From sequence record OP168898.1: 64,000 nucleotides of DNA. One strand, 5' to 3'. The notes beneath the pieces are model-generated. The model did no database searches and was not told the origin of the DNA. It was given only the letters and a program-made list of their open reading frames with translations. Position 1 is the stretch's first letter, and each line of letters opens with the position of its first letter. Position numbers and translations under genes: made by a program. Source of the DNA: Escherichia phage ZCEC14. Below, piece by piece: positions 1 through 9,425 of the stretch.

Positions 1-57
1 ACGTGCGGTTCTTCGAGATGATGCTTCTCGTTTTGGTAAGCAGAAAGCATAAGTTGA

Positions 58-84
58 GGACTCCTTCGGGAGTCCTTTTTTATT
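58..84 (+). terminator. GC hairpin with UUCG loop followed by T-run (ggactcc-ttcg-ggagtcc-tttttt)
   Basis: Inverted repeat and T-tract read directly from sequence. Confidence 0.6.
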
Positions 85-105
85 TTCCAAAGACTGCACA
101 AAGTT

Positions 106-140
106 GTTTACAGTACGGTTCCTTTGTGATAGTATTATCT
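106..140 (+). promoter_or_regulatory. Early-type promoter cassette: GTTTAC -35-like box, then inverted repeat tttgtg/cacaaa spanning a gatagtatt -10-like element
   Basis: Motif shared with cassettes at 498, 57249, 57629, 57913 and 61276, each followed by ggagaataaaATG. Confidence 0.5.
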
Positions 141-162
141 TACACAAACAAAGGAGAATAAA

Positions 163-495
163 ATGAAAACTATTAATCTGAACGCTACAGTTAAAACTAA
201 ATGCTTCAATGGTAAATATAATGAAACTATGTGGTTCTTAATGGCAGTTGAAGGTGATATTATTGAAGTAGAAACAACAGAAGGTATGGGAACAGATTTC
301 ACCTTTACAATTCAAGTTCATAATTTCTTTACTGGTTGGATTTATGAATTGAATACAGTAATCGTTGGAAAAATTGAACAAAATGAATTAGGCGAATGGC
401 ATTATGTTACAGCTCGCCAACGTGCAGAACGTTTAATTGAGAAGATGAAAAAAGTTGGTAAACTTGACATGCAGCACTGGAAAGTAGTAAAATAA
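163..495 (+). CDS. Hypothetical small early protein (110 aa)
   Basis: ORF with RBS aaggagaataaaATG just downstream of promoter cassette. Confidence 0.6.
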   Translation: MKTINLNATVKTKCFNGKYNETMWFLMAVEGDIIEVETTEGMGTDFTFTIQVHNFFTGWIYELNTVIVGKIEQNELGEWHYVTARQRAERLIEKMKKVGKLDMQHWKVVK

Positions 496-497
496 TT

Positions 498-530
498 GTT
501 TACTTTGGTACAGGATATGATATTATATAC
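498..530 (+). promoter_or_regulatory. Early-type promoter cassette (GTTTAC then stem ggtacag/ctgtacc around gatattatat)
   Basis: Same architecture as cassette at 106. Confidence 0.45.
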
Positions 531-563
531 CTGTACCGCAATTAAACATCTCGGAGAATAAAA

Positions 564-929
564 ATGAACTACATCAACTTTGAACGTAAATATGTTTCTA
601 ATGGTATTGCAGGTTCTATTGATACCATCTGCCTTTGGAAACATCAAAATGGATCAGTATGCGAAATTGAACAGTATATGACTCCTAACTACGTTTATAT
701 GCGATTTGAAAATGGCATCACGGTTTCAATCACGAAAGAAGGTTCTTCCTTTAAAATCGCATTAGATGATGATTTCCGTCAACGTGATTTAGGTACTCAT
801 CCTTGTTGGAATGGCGTTAATCGCAAGCTTCTGGTTAAAACTTGGATTCGTCATATTCTGAGTAACAGAGCTAAACCTGAGCATCTTGAAGCAATCTTTG
901 ATGTAGTTCTTAACGAATTTGATATTTAA
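564..929 (+). CDS. Hypothetical protein (121 aa)
   Basis: ORF with RBS ggagaataaaaATG. Confidence 0.6.
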   Translation: MNYINFERKYVSNGIAGSIDTICLWKHQNGSVCEIEQYMTPNYVYMRFENGITVSITKEGSSFKIALDDDFRQRDLGTHPCWNGVNRKLLVKTWIRHILSNRAKPEHLEAIFDVVLNEFDI

Positions 930-940
930 AAAATAAATGA

Positions 941-954
941 GGGGCTTCGGCCCC
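941..954 (+). terminator. ggggc-ttcg-gcccc tetraloop hairpin (terminator or RNA-stability element; weak T-run)
   Basis: Inverted repeat in sequence after stop of 564..929. Confidence 0.4.
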
Positions 955-971
955 TTACTGAGGAAAATACT

Positions 972-1259
972 ATGTTTATGACTACTTATTTTGATACCCG
1001 TAAAAATTTCTGTGAAGTGGTTTTCTCAAAGGCGCCTAAAGGCCTTCCTGCTCATTTGCAACCTACCAGTGAATCGATTAAAAACTACGTTAATGTAGTA
1101 TGTCCTTTAGAGTTCCGTACTGTAAATGGACGTGATACTCTAGCAATCATTAAACTCAATCGTGAAATTGACATTGACCCTTCAATTGCGCGTGAAATTA
1201 ATATTTCTGACATTGGTGGTGGTAATGTTAAATCGCACGGATTTCAGATGAGGTTCTAA
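972..1259 (+). CDS. Hypothetical protein (95 aa)
   Basis: ORF, co-directional packing. Confidence 0.55.
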   Translation: MFMTTYFDTRKNFCEVVFSKAPKGLPAHLQPTSESIKNYVNVVCPLEFRTVNGRDTLAIIKLNREIDIDPSIAREINISDIGGGNVKSHGFQMRF

Positions 1260-1456
1260 TGAAATTCTTTTTGGGTCAAACTGTTGAATTAAAGGGAGTT
1301 GGTATACCTGGATTAATTTCTAAGGTTCTACCTCCATTTAAATGGAGTGGTATTCAAATAAAAGAGGCTTATATTGTTTCCTGGGTAGATGGAAATGAAG
1401 ACCTTCGTATGGGTGATGAATTATCTCCTATTTACGGATTAAAGGAATTAGTATGA
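1259..1456 (+). CDS. Hypothetical protein (65 aa)
   Basis: ORF with ATGA start/stop overlap with upstream gene. Confidence 0.5.
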   Translation: MKFFLGQTVELKGVGIPGLISKVLPPFKWSGIQIKEAYIVSWVDGNEDLRMGDELSPIYGLKELV

Positions 1457-1659
1457 ATATAATTAATAAGATTTTTGGAATTCAGTACATTAAGGTCACA
1501 TATAAAGTAACAGATAAAAATCCATATACTGATGAACACGAAGAACCACAAGTTGAATCTATTATATTAGAAAAGGACCCTAACTGGCCAGTTGAATTTC
1601 GTCTTCCTTGCTATGGTCATTGGGCTGATGTTGAAATTATAAGCATTGAAAATGTCTGA
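1453..1659 (+). CDS. Hypothetical protein (68 aa)
   Basis: ORF with ATGA overlap. Confidence 0.5.
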   Translation: MNIINKIFGIQYIKVTYKVTDKNPYTDEHEEPQVESIILEKDPNWPVEFRLPCYGHWADVEIISIENV

Positions 1660-2110
1660 GTTAGAGATTAGAAGTAATTTTAGATGGCCATCATGTGCAT
1701 TAAGTAATTTTGCCCAATGGCCTTTCGTTATGGATGGTATTCAATTTGGAGGTCTTGAAGGATTCCTCCAAGGGTGCAAGGTGAAAAATGTTGAACAACA
1801 ACGTCGTATATTTGGGTTATCCGGGCTTGCCGCCCAACAAGCTGGAAGGTCTTATGCTAGAGCTCAGGACCGTGGGACCCTCTTTTGGCTTGGAGTTCCG
1901 TTTTCAAGATACTCCCCGGCGTGGAAAGAATTATACACAAATGCATATTTTGAAGCAGCGATCCAAAACAAGGGCTTTCGTGATGCATTACAAGCCTCGA
2001 AAGGAAAAGTTTTGAAGCACAGCATGGCTAGTGGTCTAACAAAAGATGATACAATACTAACCGAAGCTGAATTTATTGATGTGTTAAACCTATTAAGAGA
2101 CTCTCTATGA
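1652..2110 (+). CDS. NADAR (DUF1768/YbiA-like) domain protein; ATG at 1652 preferred over the TTG at 1646 used by the ORF track
   Basis: Translation contains SNFAQWPFVMDGIQFGGLEGFLQGCK, resembling the NADAR core motif; locally GC-rich segment by eye. Confidence 0.55.
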   Translation: MSELEIRSNFRWPSCALSNFAQWPFVMDGIQFGGLEGFLQGCKVKNVEQQRRIFGLSGLAAQQAGRSYARAQDRGTLFWLGVPFSRYSPAWKELYTNAYFEAAIQNKGFRDALQASKGKVLKHSMASGLTKDDTILTEAEFIDVLNLLRDSL

Positions 2111-2952
2111 AGCCTACTATTTTAACTGATATTGATGGAGTATGTTTAAGCTGGCAATCAGGCCTTCCTTATTTTGCTCAGAAATATAATCTTCCGTTGG
2201 AACATATTTTAAAAATGATCCAGGATGAGAAATTTATTTCTCCAGGTAAACTCTTTAATTGTGATGAAGAACTTGGCGTCAAGTTAATTGAAAAATACAA
2301 TCGTTCAGATTTTATTCGTTACTTGTCTCCGTATAAAGATGCCCTGTGTGCAATTAACAAATTAAAAGAAGATTATAATTTTGTAGCTGTTACAGCATTG
2401 GGTGATTATATTGACGCTCTGTTGAATCGTCAATTTAATTTGAATGCTCTTTTTCCTGGTGCCTTCTCAGAAGTAATGATGTGTGGTCATGATTCTTCAA
2501 AAGAAGAGTTATTCAAAAAGGCAAAAGAGAAATATAACGTAATTTGTTATATTGACGATCTCGCTCATCACTGCGATCACGCGAGTGAAATATTAAATGT
2601 TCCTGTTTATTGGATGGCTCGAGGAGAGCGTGGCAATATTCCAAAAACTGCCCAGCGAGTTTATACATGGAATGATGTAGAAAATAAGCTTTTTTCGCCG
2701 AAGGAAAATAAAGAAAGTTTTGATAATGAAAAAGCTATAAAAGATGTAATTGAGAAGATGGTTAAAAACGATTCTTTTCCTTGGAACACTACCTGGAGAA
2801 CGCCTGGATTTAATCCTTATAATCCATATTATCTATATCATCCATATCAGACACATCCGTTTCAGACATGGAACTATATTAAACCTGGCGGCATAGAGTA
2901 TTTGTATAATAGACCTACTTGTGGTGATAATATTTTCCAAGGAGCATTCTAA
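2107..2952 (+). CDS. HAD-superfamily-like hydrolase (281 aa) with Pro/Tyr-rich C-terminal tail
   Basis: N-terminal DIDGV (DxDG motif I of HAD phosphatases); ATGA overlap with upstream gene. Confidence 0.5.
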   Translation: MKPTILTDIDGVCLSWQSGLPYFAQKYNLPLEHILKMIQDEKFISPGKLFNCDEELGVKLIEKYNRSDFIRYLSPYKDALCAINKLKEDYNFVAVTALGDYIDALLNRQFNLNALFPGAFSEVMMCGHDSSKEELFKKAKEKYNVICYIDDLAHHCDHASEILNVPVYWMARGERGNIPKTAQRVYTWNDVENKLFSPKENKESFDNEKAIKDVIEKMVKNDSFPWNTTWRTPGFNPYNPYYLYHPYQTHPFQTWNYIKPGGIEYLYNRPTCGDNIFQGAF

Positions 2953-3221
2953 TGTTTGTTGTTCACACTATTTATGAAAATGAAGGTAATACTACACGTG
3001 ATTACGGTCACGTAAATCAATTTTTTAGATGCAATCCAGAATTCCGAGCTCAAAAAGACGAACGAATTTTTAAAAAATGTGTGGAGCAAGGTTTCATTTA
3101 CGTCAAGCATTGGATGCAAGGAAATAAAGTTAGAACTACATATCATAGGTCTTTGACTGAGCTTAATGATGAATTGATTTATAATAGAGCTGTAAACCAA
3201 ACTCTAAAGGATGAACAATGA
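2952..3221 (+). CDS. Hypothetical protein (89 aa)
   Basis: ORF, translationally coupled to neighbours. Confidence 0.5.
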   Translation: MFVVHTIYENEGNTTRDYGHVNQFFRCNPEFRAQKDERIFKKCVEQGFIYVKHWMQGNKVRTTYHRSLTELNDELIYNRAVNQTLKDEQ

Positions 3222-4678
3222 TTCTTAAAATTCTGAACGAAATAGCATCTATTGGTTCAACTAAGCAGAAGCAAGCAATTCTTGAAAAGAATAAAGATAA
3301 TGAATTGCTTAAACGAGTATATCGTCTGACTTATTCTCGTGGGTTGCAATATTATATCAAGAAATGGCCTAAACCTGGTATTGCTACCCAGAGTTTTGGA
3401 ATGTTGACTCTTACCGATATGCTTGACTTCATTGAATTCACGTTAGCTACTCGGAAATTGACCGGAAATGCGGCAATTGAGGAATTAACTGGATATATCA
3501 CCGATGGTAAAAAGGATGATGTTGAAGTTTTGCGTCGAGTTATGATGCGAGACCTTGAATGTGGTGCTTCAGTATCTATTGCAAACAAAGTTTGGCCAGG
3601 TTTAATTCCTGAACAACCTCAAATGCTGGCAAGTTCTTATGATGAAAAAGGCATTAGTAAGAATATCAAATTTCCAGCCTTTGCACAGTTAAAAGCAGAT
3701 GGAGCTCGGTGTTTTGCTGAAGTTAGAGGTGATGAATTAGATGATGTTCGTCTTTTATCACGAGCTGGTAATGAATATCTAGGATTAGATCTTCTTAAGG
3801 AAGAGTTAATCAAAATGACTGCTGAAGCCCGCCAGATTCATCCAGAAGGTGTGTTAATCGATGGTGAATTGGTATACCATGAGCAAGTTGAAAAGGAGCC
3901 AGAAGGCCTAGATTTTCTTTTTGGCACTCCTGAAATTAGTAAAGCTAAAGAATTCGCCGAAGTAGCTGAATCTCGTACTGCTTCTAATGGAATCGCCAAT
4001 AAATCTTTAAAGGGAACTATTTCAGAAAAAGAAGCACAATGTATGAAGTTTCAGGTCTGGGATTATGTTCCGTTAGTAGAAATATACGGTCTTCCGACGT
4101 TTCGTTTAAAATATGATGTACGTTTTTCTAAACTAGAACAAATGACATCAGGATATGATAAAGTAATTTTAATTGAAAACCAGCTAGTAAATAACCTAGA
4201 TGAAGCTAAGGTAATTTATAAAAAGTATATTGACCAGGGTCTTGAAGGTATTATTCTCAAAAATACCGATGGATTGTGGGAAAATGCTCGTTCAAAAAAT
4301 CTCTATAAATTTAAAGAAGTAATTGATGTTGATTTAAAAATTGTAGGAATTTATCCTCACCGTAAAGACCCTACTAAAGCGGGTGGATTTATTCTTGAAT
4401 CAGAGTGTGGAAAAATTAAAGTCAATGCTGGCTCAGGTTTAAAAGATAAAGCTGGTGTAAAATCGCATGAACTTGACCGTACTCGTATTATGGAAAACCA
4501 AAATTATTATATTGGAAAAATTCTAGAGTGCGAATGCAACGGTTGGTTAAAATCTGACGGCCGCACTGATTACGTTAAATTATTTCTTCCGATTGCGATT
4601 CGTTTACGTGAAGATAAAACTAAAGCTAATACATTCGAAGATGTATTTGGTGATTTTCATGAGGTAACTGGTCTATGA
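3218..4678 (+). CDS. 30: ATP-dependent DNA ligase (T4 gp30-like, 486 aa)
   Basis: Length and N-terminus match T4 DNA ligase as recalled; adenylation motif KADGAR present. Confidence 0.9.
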   Translation: MILKILNEIASIGSTKQKQAILEKNKDNELLKRVYRLTYSRGLQYYIKKWPKPGIATQSFGMLTLTDMLDFIEFTLATRKLTGNAAIEELTGYITDGKKDDVEVLRRVMMRDLECGASVSIANKVWPGLIPEQPQMLASSYDEKGISKNIKFPAFAQLKADGARCFAEVRGDELDDVRLLSRAGNEYLGLDLLKEELIKMTAEARQIHPEGVLIDGELVYHEQVEKEPEGLDFLFGTPEISKAKEFAEVAESRTASNGIANKSLKGTISEKEAQCMKFQVWDYVPLVEIYGLPTFRLKYDVRFSKLEQMTSGYDKVILIENQLVNNLDEAKVIYKKYIDQGLEGIILKNTDGLWENARSKNLYKFKEVIDVDLKIVGIYPHRKDPTKAGGFILESECGKIKVNAGSGLKDKAGVKSHELDRTRIMENQNYYIGKILECECNGWLKSDGRTDYVKLFLPIAIRLREDKTKANTFEDVFGDFHEVTGL

Positions 4679-4863
4679 AAGCTTACTTAGAAACAATTGT
4701 TATAGCTCAAAAAGAAGGTGGAGATGTTTCTACTTCTGTATCACAAGTCATTCTCGAATTTGTAGATGCGTATGCTTATAATAAATTTACAGAAACATTT
4801 GATGCCTACGAAAAAGGTCCAAAGTTTGAAATATATCGTACTCTCTTACCATTAGATTATTAA
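4675..4863 (+). CDS. Hypothetical protein (62 aa)
   Basis: ORF overlapping ligase stop (ATGA). Confidence 0.45.
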   Translation: MKAYLETIVIAQKEGGDVSTSVSQVILEFVDAYAYNKFTETFDAYEKGPKFEIYRTLLPLDY

Positions 4864-4885
4864 AGGCCTTCGGGCCTTTAATTTT
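4862..4885 (+). terminator. aaaggcc-ttcg-ggccttt hairpin plus T-run
   Basis: Inverted repeat in sequence. Confidence 0.55.
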
Positions 4886-4892
4886 ATAAATA
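4885..4892 (+). promoter_or_regulatory. T4 late promoter core TATAAATA upstream of alt
   Basis: Exact TATAAATA about 24 nt upstream of ATG 4916. Confidence 0.5.
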
Positions 4893-4915
4893 GAATAAAC
4901 ACTAGAGAGGATATG

Positions 4916-7009
4916 ATGGAACTTATTACAGAATTATTTGACGAAGATACTACTCTTCCGATTACAAACTTAAATCCAAAGAAGAAAATACCGCAAATTT
5001 TTTCAGTTCATGTTGATGATGCAATTGAACAACCAGGCTTTCGTTTATGTACCTATACATCTGGAGGTGATACTAACCGTGATTTAAAGATGGGCGATAA
5101 AATGATGCACATTGTTCCTTTTACACTAACTGCTAAAGGTTCAATTGCTAAATTAAAAGGTCTCGGTCCAAGCCCAATTAATTACATCAATTCAGTTTTT
5201 ACTGTTGCAATGCAAACAATGCGTCAGTATAAAATTGATGCCTGTATGCTTCGTATTCTTAAGTCTAAAACTGCTGGTCAAGCTCGACAAATTCAAGTTA
5301 TTGCTGATAGACTTATCCGTAGTCGTTCAGGTGGCAGATACGTCCTTCTTAAGGAACTCTGGGACTATGATAAAAAGTATGCATATATTCTTATACATCG
5401 CAAAAATGTATCACTAGAAGACATTCCAGGAGTTCCGGAAATTAGTACCGAGCTCTTTACTAAAGTTGAATCGAAGGTCGGCGATGTTTATATCAATAAA
5501 GATACCGGAGCTCAAGTAACTAAAAATGAGGCAATTGCAGCATCTATTGCACAAGAAAATGATAAACGTTCTGACCAAGCTGTTATTGTTAAAGTTAAAA
5601 TTTCCCGTAGAGCAATTGCGCAAAGTCAATCATTAGAATCTTCTAGATTTGAAAGTGAATTATTCCAGAAGTATGAATCTACCGCAGCTAATTTTAATAA
5701 ACCTGCTACCGCTCCTTTAATTCCCGAAGCAGAAGAAATGAAGCTTGGAATTAATTCATTAGCTTCTAAAACTAAGGCAGCAAAAATTATTGCTGAAGGA
5801 ACTGCAAATGAACTTCACTATGACTATAAATTCTTTTCAAAAAGTGAGGTTGATGAAGTTTCTGAAAAAATTAAAGATGTAATTCTTAATGCGATTAAAA
5901 ATGAACCAACTACTTCAATAAAATGTTTAGAGAAATACGCAGCAGCTGTTAATAAATTCTTTGAAGAATATAAAGATAATTGGCTTGATAAACATAATAA
6001 AACCCGTAAAGGACAGCCAGATGAAGTCTGGGAAGAAATAACTAAAAATTCCTGGAACGCAGCAAAAACTAAATTCCTCAAACGAATGATTTATAGTTTT
6101 TCTGGAATTGGTGCAGGTCCAATGATTGATATTACTATTGCCCGTGATGGTTCTAAATATACTCCATCACAAAAGCGCGGCATTAGAGAATATTGTGGAT
6201 CAGGATATACTGACATCAATAATCTTCTTTTAGGCCGCTACAATCCAGAACGATATGATGTAATGAGTGAAAAAGAAATTGAATCTGCGATAAATAATTT
6301 AGATTCAGCTTTTGAAAATGGTGATCGTATACCAGAAGGCATTACAGTTTATCGTGCTCAAAGCATGACTGCTCCTATATACGAAGCACTAGTTAAAAAT
6401 AAAGTGTTCTATTTCAGAAATTTTGTATCTACTTCTTTAACTCCTATCATTTTTGGACGTTTTGGAATTACACATGCTGGTATCGGTCTTTTAGAACCAG
6501 AAGCTCGCAATGAATTAACAGTTGATAAAAATGAAGAAGGAATAACTATTAATCCAAACGAAATAAGAGCGTATAAAGAAAATCCTGAATACGTTAAAGT
6601 TCAAATAGGATGGGCAATTGATGGAGCTCATAAAGTTAATGTTGTATATCCAGGAAGTCTCGGAATAGCAACAGAAGCTGAAGTTATTCTACCGCGCGGA
6701 TTGATGGTCAAAGTTAATAAAATAACTGATGCTTCTAATAATGACGGAACAACATCTAATAATACAAAACTCATTCAAGCTGAAGTTATGACTACGGAAG
6801 AACTCACCGAATCAGTAATTTATGACGGTGACCGTCTAATGGAAACTGGCGAAGTAGTTGCAATGACAGGTGATATTGAAATAGAAGACAGAGTTGACTT
6901 TGCATCATTTGTTTCATCAAATGTTAAACAGAAAGTAGAATCATCTCTTGGAATTATTGCGTCTTGCATAGATATTACAAACATGCCTTACAAGTTCGTT
7001 CAAGGATAA
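4916..7009 (+). CDS. alt: Alt-like ADP-ribosyltransferase, copy 1 (697 aa from ATG 4916)
   Basis: N-terminus MELITELFDE (capsid-targeting/gp21-cleavage-like); C-terminal R...STS...EAE (VYRAQ, FVSTSL, EAEVILPRG) ART signature. Confidence 0.85.
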   Translation: MELITELFDEDTTLPITNLNPKKKIPQIFSVHVDDAIEQPGFRLCTYTSGGDTNRDLKMGDKMMHIVPFTLTAKGSIAKLKGLGPSPINYINSVFTVAMQTMRQYKIDACMLRILKSKTAGQARQIQVIADRLIRSRSGGRYVLLKELWDYDKKYAYILIHRKNVSLEDIPGVPEISTELFTKVESKVGDVYINKDTGAQVTKNEAIAASIAQENDKRSDQAVIVKVKISRRAIAQSQSLESSRFESELFQKYESTAANFNKPATAPLIPEAEEMKLGINSLASKTKAAKIIAEGTANELHYDYKFFSKSEVDEVSEKIKDVILNAIKNEPTTSIKCLEKYAAAVNKFFEEYKDNWLDKHNKTRKGQPDEVWEEITKNSWNAAKTKFLKRMIYSFSGIGAGPMIDITIARDGSKYTPSQKRGIREYCGSGYTDINNLLLGRYNPERYDVMSEKEIESAINNLDSAFENGDRIPEGITVYRAQSMTAPIYEALVKNKVFYFRNFVSTSLTPIIFGRFGITHAGIGLLEPEARNELTVDKNEEGITINPNEIRAYKENPEYVKVQIGWAIDGAHKVNVVYPGSLGIATEAEVILPRGLMVKVNKITDASNNDGTTSNNTKLIQAEVMTTEELTESVIYDGDRLMETGEVVAMTGDIEIEDRVDFASFVSSNVKQKVESSLGIIASCIDITNMPYKFVQG

Positions 7010-7012
7010 ATC

Positions 7013-9070
7013 ATGGAACTTATTACAGAATTATTTGACGGCGCTTCGGCGCCGGTTGTTAACTTAAATCCTAAGCATAAAATACCTCAAATTTTTGCTA
7101 TTCAAGCCGGCGAAGAAAGCGTGCTTCCTGGATTTAGATTTTGTACATACACCTCTGGTGGTGATACAAATAAAAACGTTAAGCCAGGTGATAAAATGAT
7201 GCATATCGTAATGATAGGTGTCAATGAGAAACTATCATTAGTTAAACTTAAAAACTTGGGTGGAAATCCAATTGGTGTCATTAATGCTGTTTTTGATACT
7301 GCTCTTCAAACAATGAAACAATATAAAATCGACGCATGCCTATTCCGCGTACTAAAAAGTAAAACAAATGGCGCAGCTCGTCAAATGCAAGTTATTGCTG
7401 ACCGTTTAGTACGTACTAAAGGAGCAGGTCGTTATGTTCTTTTAAAGGAAATCTGGGACTATGATAAAAAGTATGCATATATTATGGTTTACCGTAAAAA
7501 TGCCAATTTAGAAGACATTCCAGGTGTACCTCCTATTTCAACTGAGTTATTCACAAAAGTTGAATCGAAGGTCGGTGATGTTTATGTAGACGTTAAAACA
7601 GGTAATGCTGTTCCTAAAGCTGTCGCTGTTGCTGCTTCTATTGCTTTAGAAAATGATAAACGTACTGACCAAGCGGTTATTCAGAAAACTAAAATTAGTC
7701 GTCGATTAGCAGCGCAAGCTCAATATTCTACTGTCGATGCTTCACTTCAGGGTGATAGCTTCGCTGCCAAGAAATATCAAGAGTTTGAATCTAAAGTTCC
7801 GGTATATAAAGCAGAAGGACCAATGAACTCTGGCGTTATTCAGATTGGTTCAAACTTCAGCAAAGGAGCTATCGGTGGTATGAGGAGTGCTTCTCGTTTT
7901 AAATCTAACGATTATGAACTAGAAAACTTCCGAAATCATATTGCATTAGCCCATGCGCGTTTACGTGATCCATCTATCAAGTTGCAGAGCGATATAACAT
8001 ATCAAGGTTCTCAAGAATATTTAAAGAATAAAGAATTCTTTGATTATAAAACTGATAAAATTTTAAGCGATCTTGCTGATATTAATATTTCTAATAGCTT
8101 TGATGTTATTAAGAAAATTATCAATGATTTGGTTAAAGGTTCTAAAGCTACGCCAGATGAAAAGACAGCTATTATTCAATTTGTAATGAATGGCATTTAT
8201 AAATTGATTAATGAATCTGCTGCTCAGGCGTATGAATATGCAAGTACTGAAGTAACTCCAAAAGGATTAACTCAGGCTGAATCTGACGTAATTGAAGATT
8301 ATTGTGCTGATTCATATGTTGAAATGAACTCGTTCCTTTTGGGTAAACCAGATTCTACCCGTGAAGAATATATGGAACGAGCTATTAAACACATCGAGAC
8401 GTTGGATTCTGCCTTTGCCAAAGGATCAGTTCTTCCTCCAGGAACTACGCTTTATCGCGGACAAGAAGTTACATTTAAAACTTTGCGTCATAACATTGAA
8501 AATAAAATGTTCTATTTCAAGAACTTCGTATCCACATCGCTTAAACCAAATATCTTCGGTGAGCATGGTAAAAACTATATGGCTCTAGATGATTCCGGCG
8601 CAGTATTTTCTGGTGAAGGAGAAGGTTCCGTTGATGCAGAAGATTTGATGCATATGGGTAGTCATTCTACATATGCTAATGAAGATGCTGAAACTAGCGT
8701 GGGTATGGTAATTAAAGGAGCTGAACGAATCAAAGTTATCGTTCCAGGTCATTTATCAGGATTTCCATCAGAAGCTGAAGTTATTCTACCACGTGGAATT
8801 TTACTGAAGATTAATAAAGTAAGTACGTACTTTATGAAAGAAACTGCTTATAACAAGTATCTAATCGAAGGTACAATCGTTCCTCCTTCCGAACAATTAG
8901 AAGAATCGGTATATGATGGTGACCATCTGATGGAAACTGGTGAAGTTCGTCCAATGACTGGATTTAACCAATTCCTTGTAGAAGAATCAAAAGAAGAGGA
9001 AAACGAAGTTTCTCAAATCTTGGCTTCTTTGGTTAACATCAACGGAATGTCTAAAAAGTTCAAGATGTAG
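7013..9070 (+). CDS. Alt-like ADP-ribosyltransferase, copy 2 (685 aa), diverged paralog
   Basis: Same N-terminus MELITELFDG and same R/STS/EAEVILPRG motifs; middle region diverged from copy 1. Confidence 0.8.
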   Translation: MELITELFDGASAPVVNLNPKHKIPQIFAIQAGEESVLPGFRFCTYTSGGDTNKNVKPGDKMMHIVMIGVNEKLSLVKLKNLGGNPIGVINAVFDTALQTMKQYKIDACLFRVLKSKTNGAARQMQVIADRLVRTKGAGRYVLLKEIWDYDKKYAYIMVYRKNANLEDIPGVPPISTELFTKVESKVGDVYVDVKTGNAVPKAVAVAASIALENDKRTDQAVIQKTKISRRLAAQAQYSTVDASLQGDSFAAKKYQEFESKVPVYKAEGPMNSGVIQIGSNFSKGAIGGMRSASRFKSNDYELENFRNHIALAHARLRDPSIKLQSDITYQGSQEYLKNKEFFDYKTDKILSDLADINISNSFDVIKKIINDLVKGSKATPDEKTAIIQFVMNGIYKLINESAAQAYEYASTEVTPKGLTQAESDVIEDYCADSYVEMNSFLLGKPDSTREEYMERAIKHIETLDSAFAKGSVLPPGTTLYRGQEVTFKTLRHNIENKMFYFKNFVSTSLKPNIFGEHGKNYMALDDSGAVFSGEGEGSVDAEDLMHMGSHSTYANEDAETSVGMVIKGAERIKVIVPGHLSGFPSEAEVILPRGILLKINKVSTYFMKETAYNKYLIEGTIVPPSEQLEESVYDGDHLMETGEVRPMTGFNQFLVEESKEEENEVSQILASLVNINGMSKKFKM

Positions 9071-9101
9071 TTTACAAGTCACTCGTGTTGTGTTATAGTA
9101 G
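9070..9101 (+). promoter_or_regulatory. Early-type promoter candidate (GTTTAC then gttatagtag)
   Basis: Motif similarity to other cassettes; upstream of ORF 9131. Confidence 0.35.
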
Positions 9102-9130
9102 TCTTACTGACATAACATGAGGAACACAAA

Positions 9131-9421
9131 ATGAAATCTTCTTTGCGCTTTTTAGGTCAAGAACTTGTAGTTGAAGGCGTTATTCCTGCTGATAACGCTT
9201 TTAATGAAGCGGTTTACGACGAATTTATCAAAATTTTTGGAACAGATAAAAAGTTTGGAATTTTTCCTTCTGAAAATTTTTCAAAGCCAGAACAGACTGA
9301 AAACATTTTCCAAGGTGTAGTAACAGGTAAATTTGAGTCAGAAGCTCCGGTAAAAATTGAAGTTTATATTGAAGACAGTTTAGTTGCTTCAGTTGCTGCT
9401 TTTATTTCATTCCGTAAATAA
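9131..9421 (+). CDS. Hypothetical protein (96 aa)
   Basis: ORF with RBS gaggaacacaaaATG. Confidence 0.55.
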   Translation: MKSSLRFLGQELVVEGVIPADNAFNEAVYDEFIKIFGTDKKFGIFPSENFSKPEQTENIFQGVVTGKFESEAPVKIEVYIEDSLVASVAAFISFRK

Positions 9422-9425
9422 AAAC

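Noticed and set aside
402-647. 81-aa minus-strand ORF spanning the 163..495 / 564..929 junction
   Set aside because: Covers an early promoter cassette and two + strand genes with good RBSs; no signals of its own.
1788-2015. 75-aa ORF in alternate frame
   Set aside because: Fully nested inside the NADAR-like ORF in another frame; no independent start signals.
5205-6081. Small ORFs on both strands inside alt copy 1
   Set aside because: Nested in a long, motif-supported ORF; AT-rich DNA produces such frames by chance.
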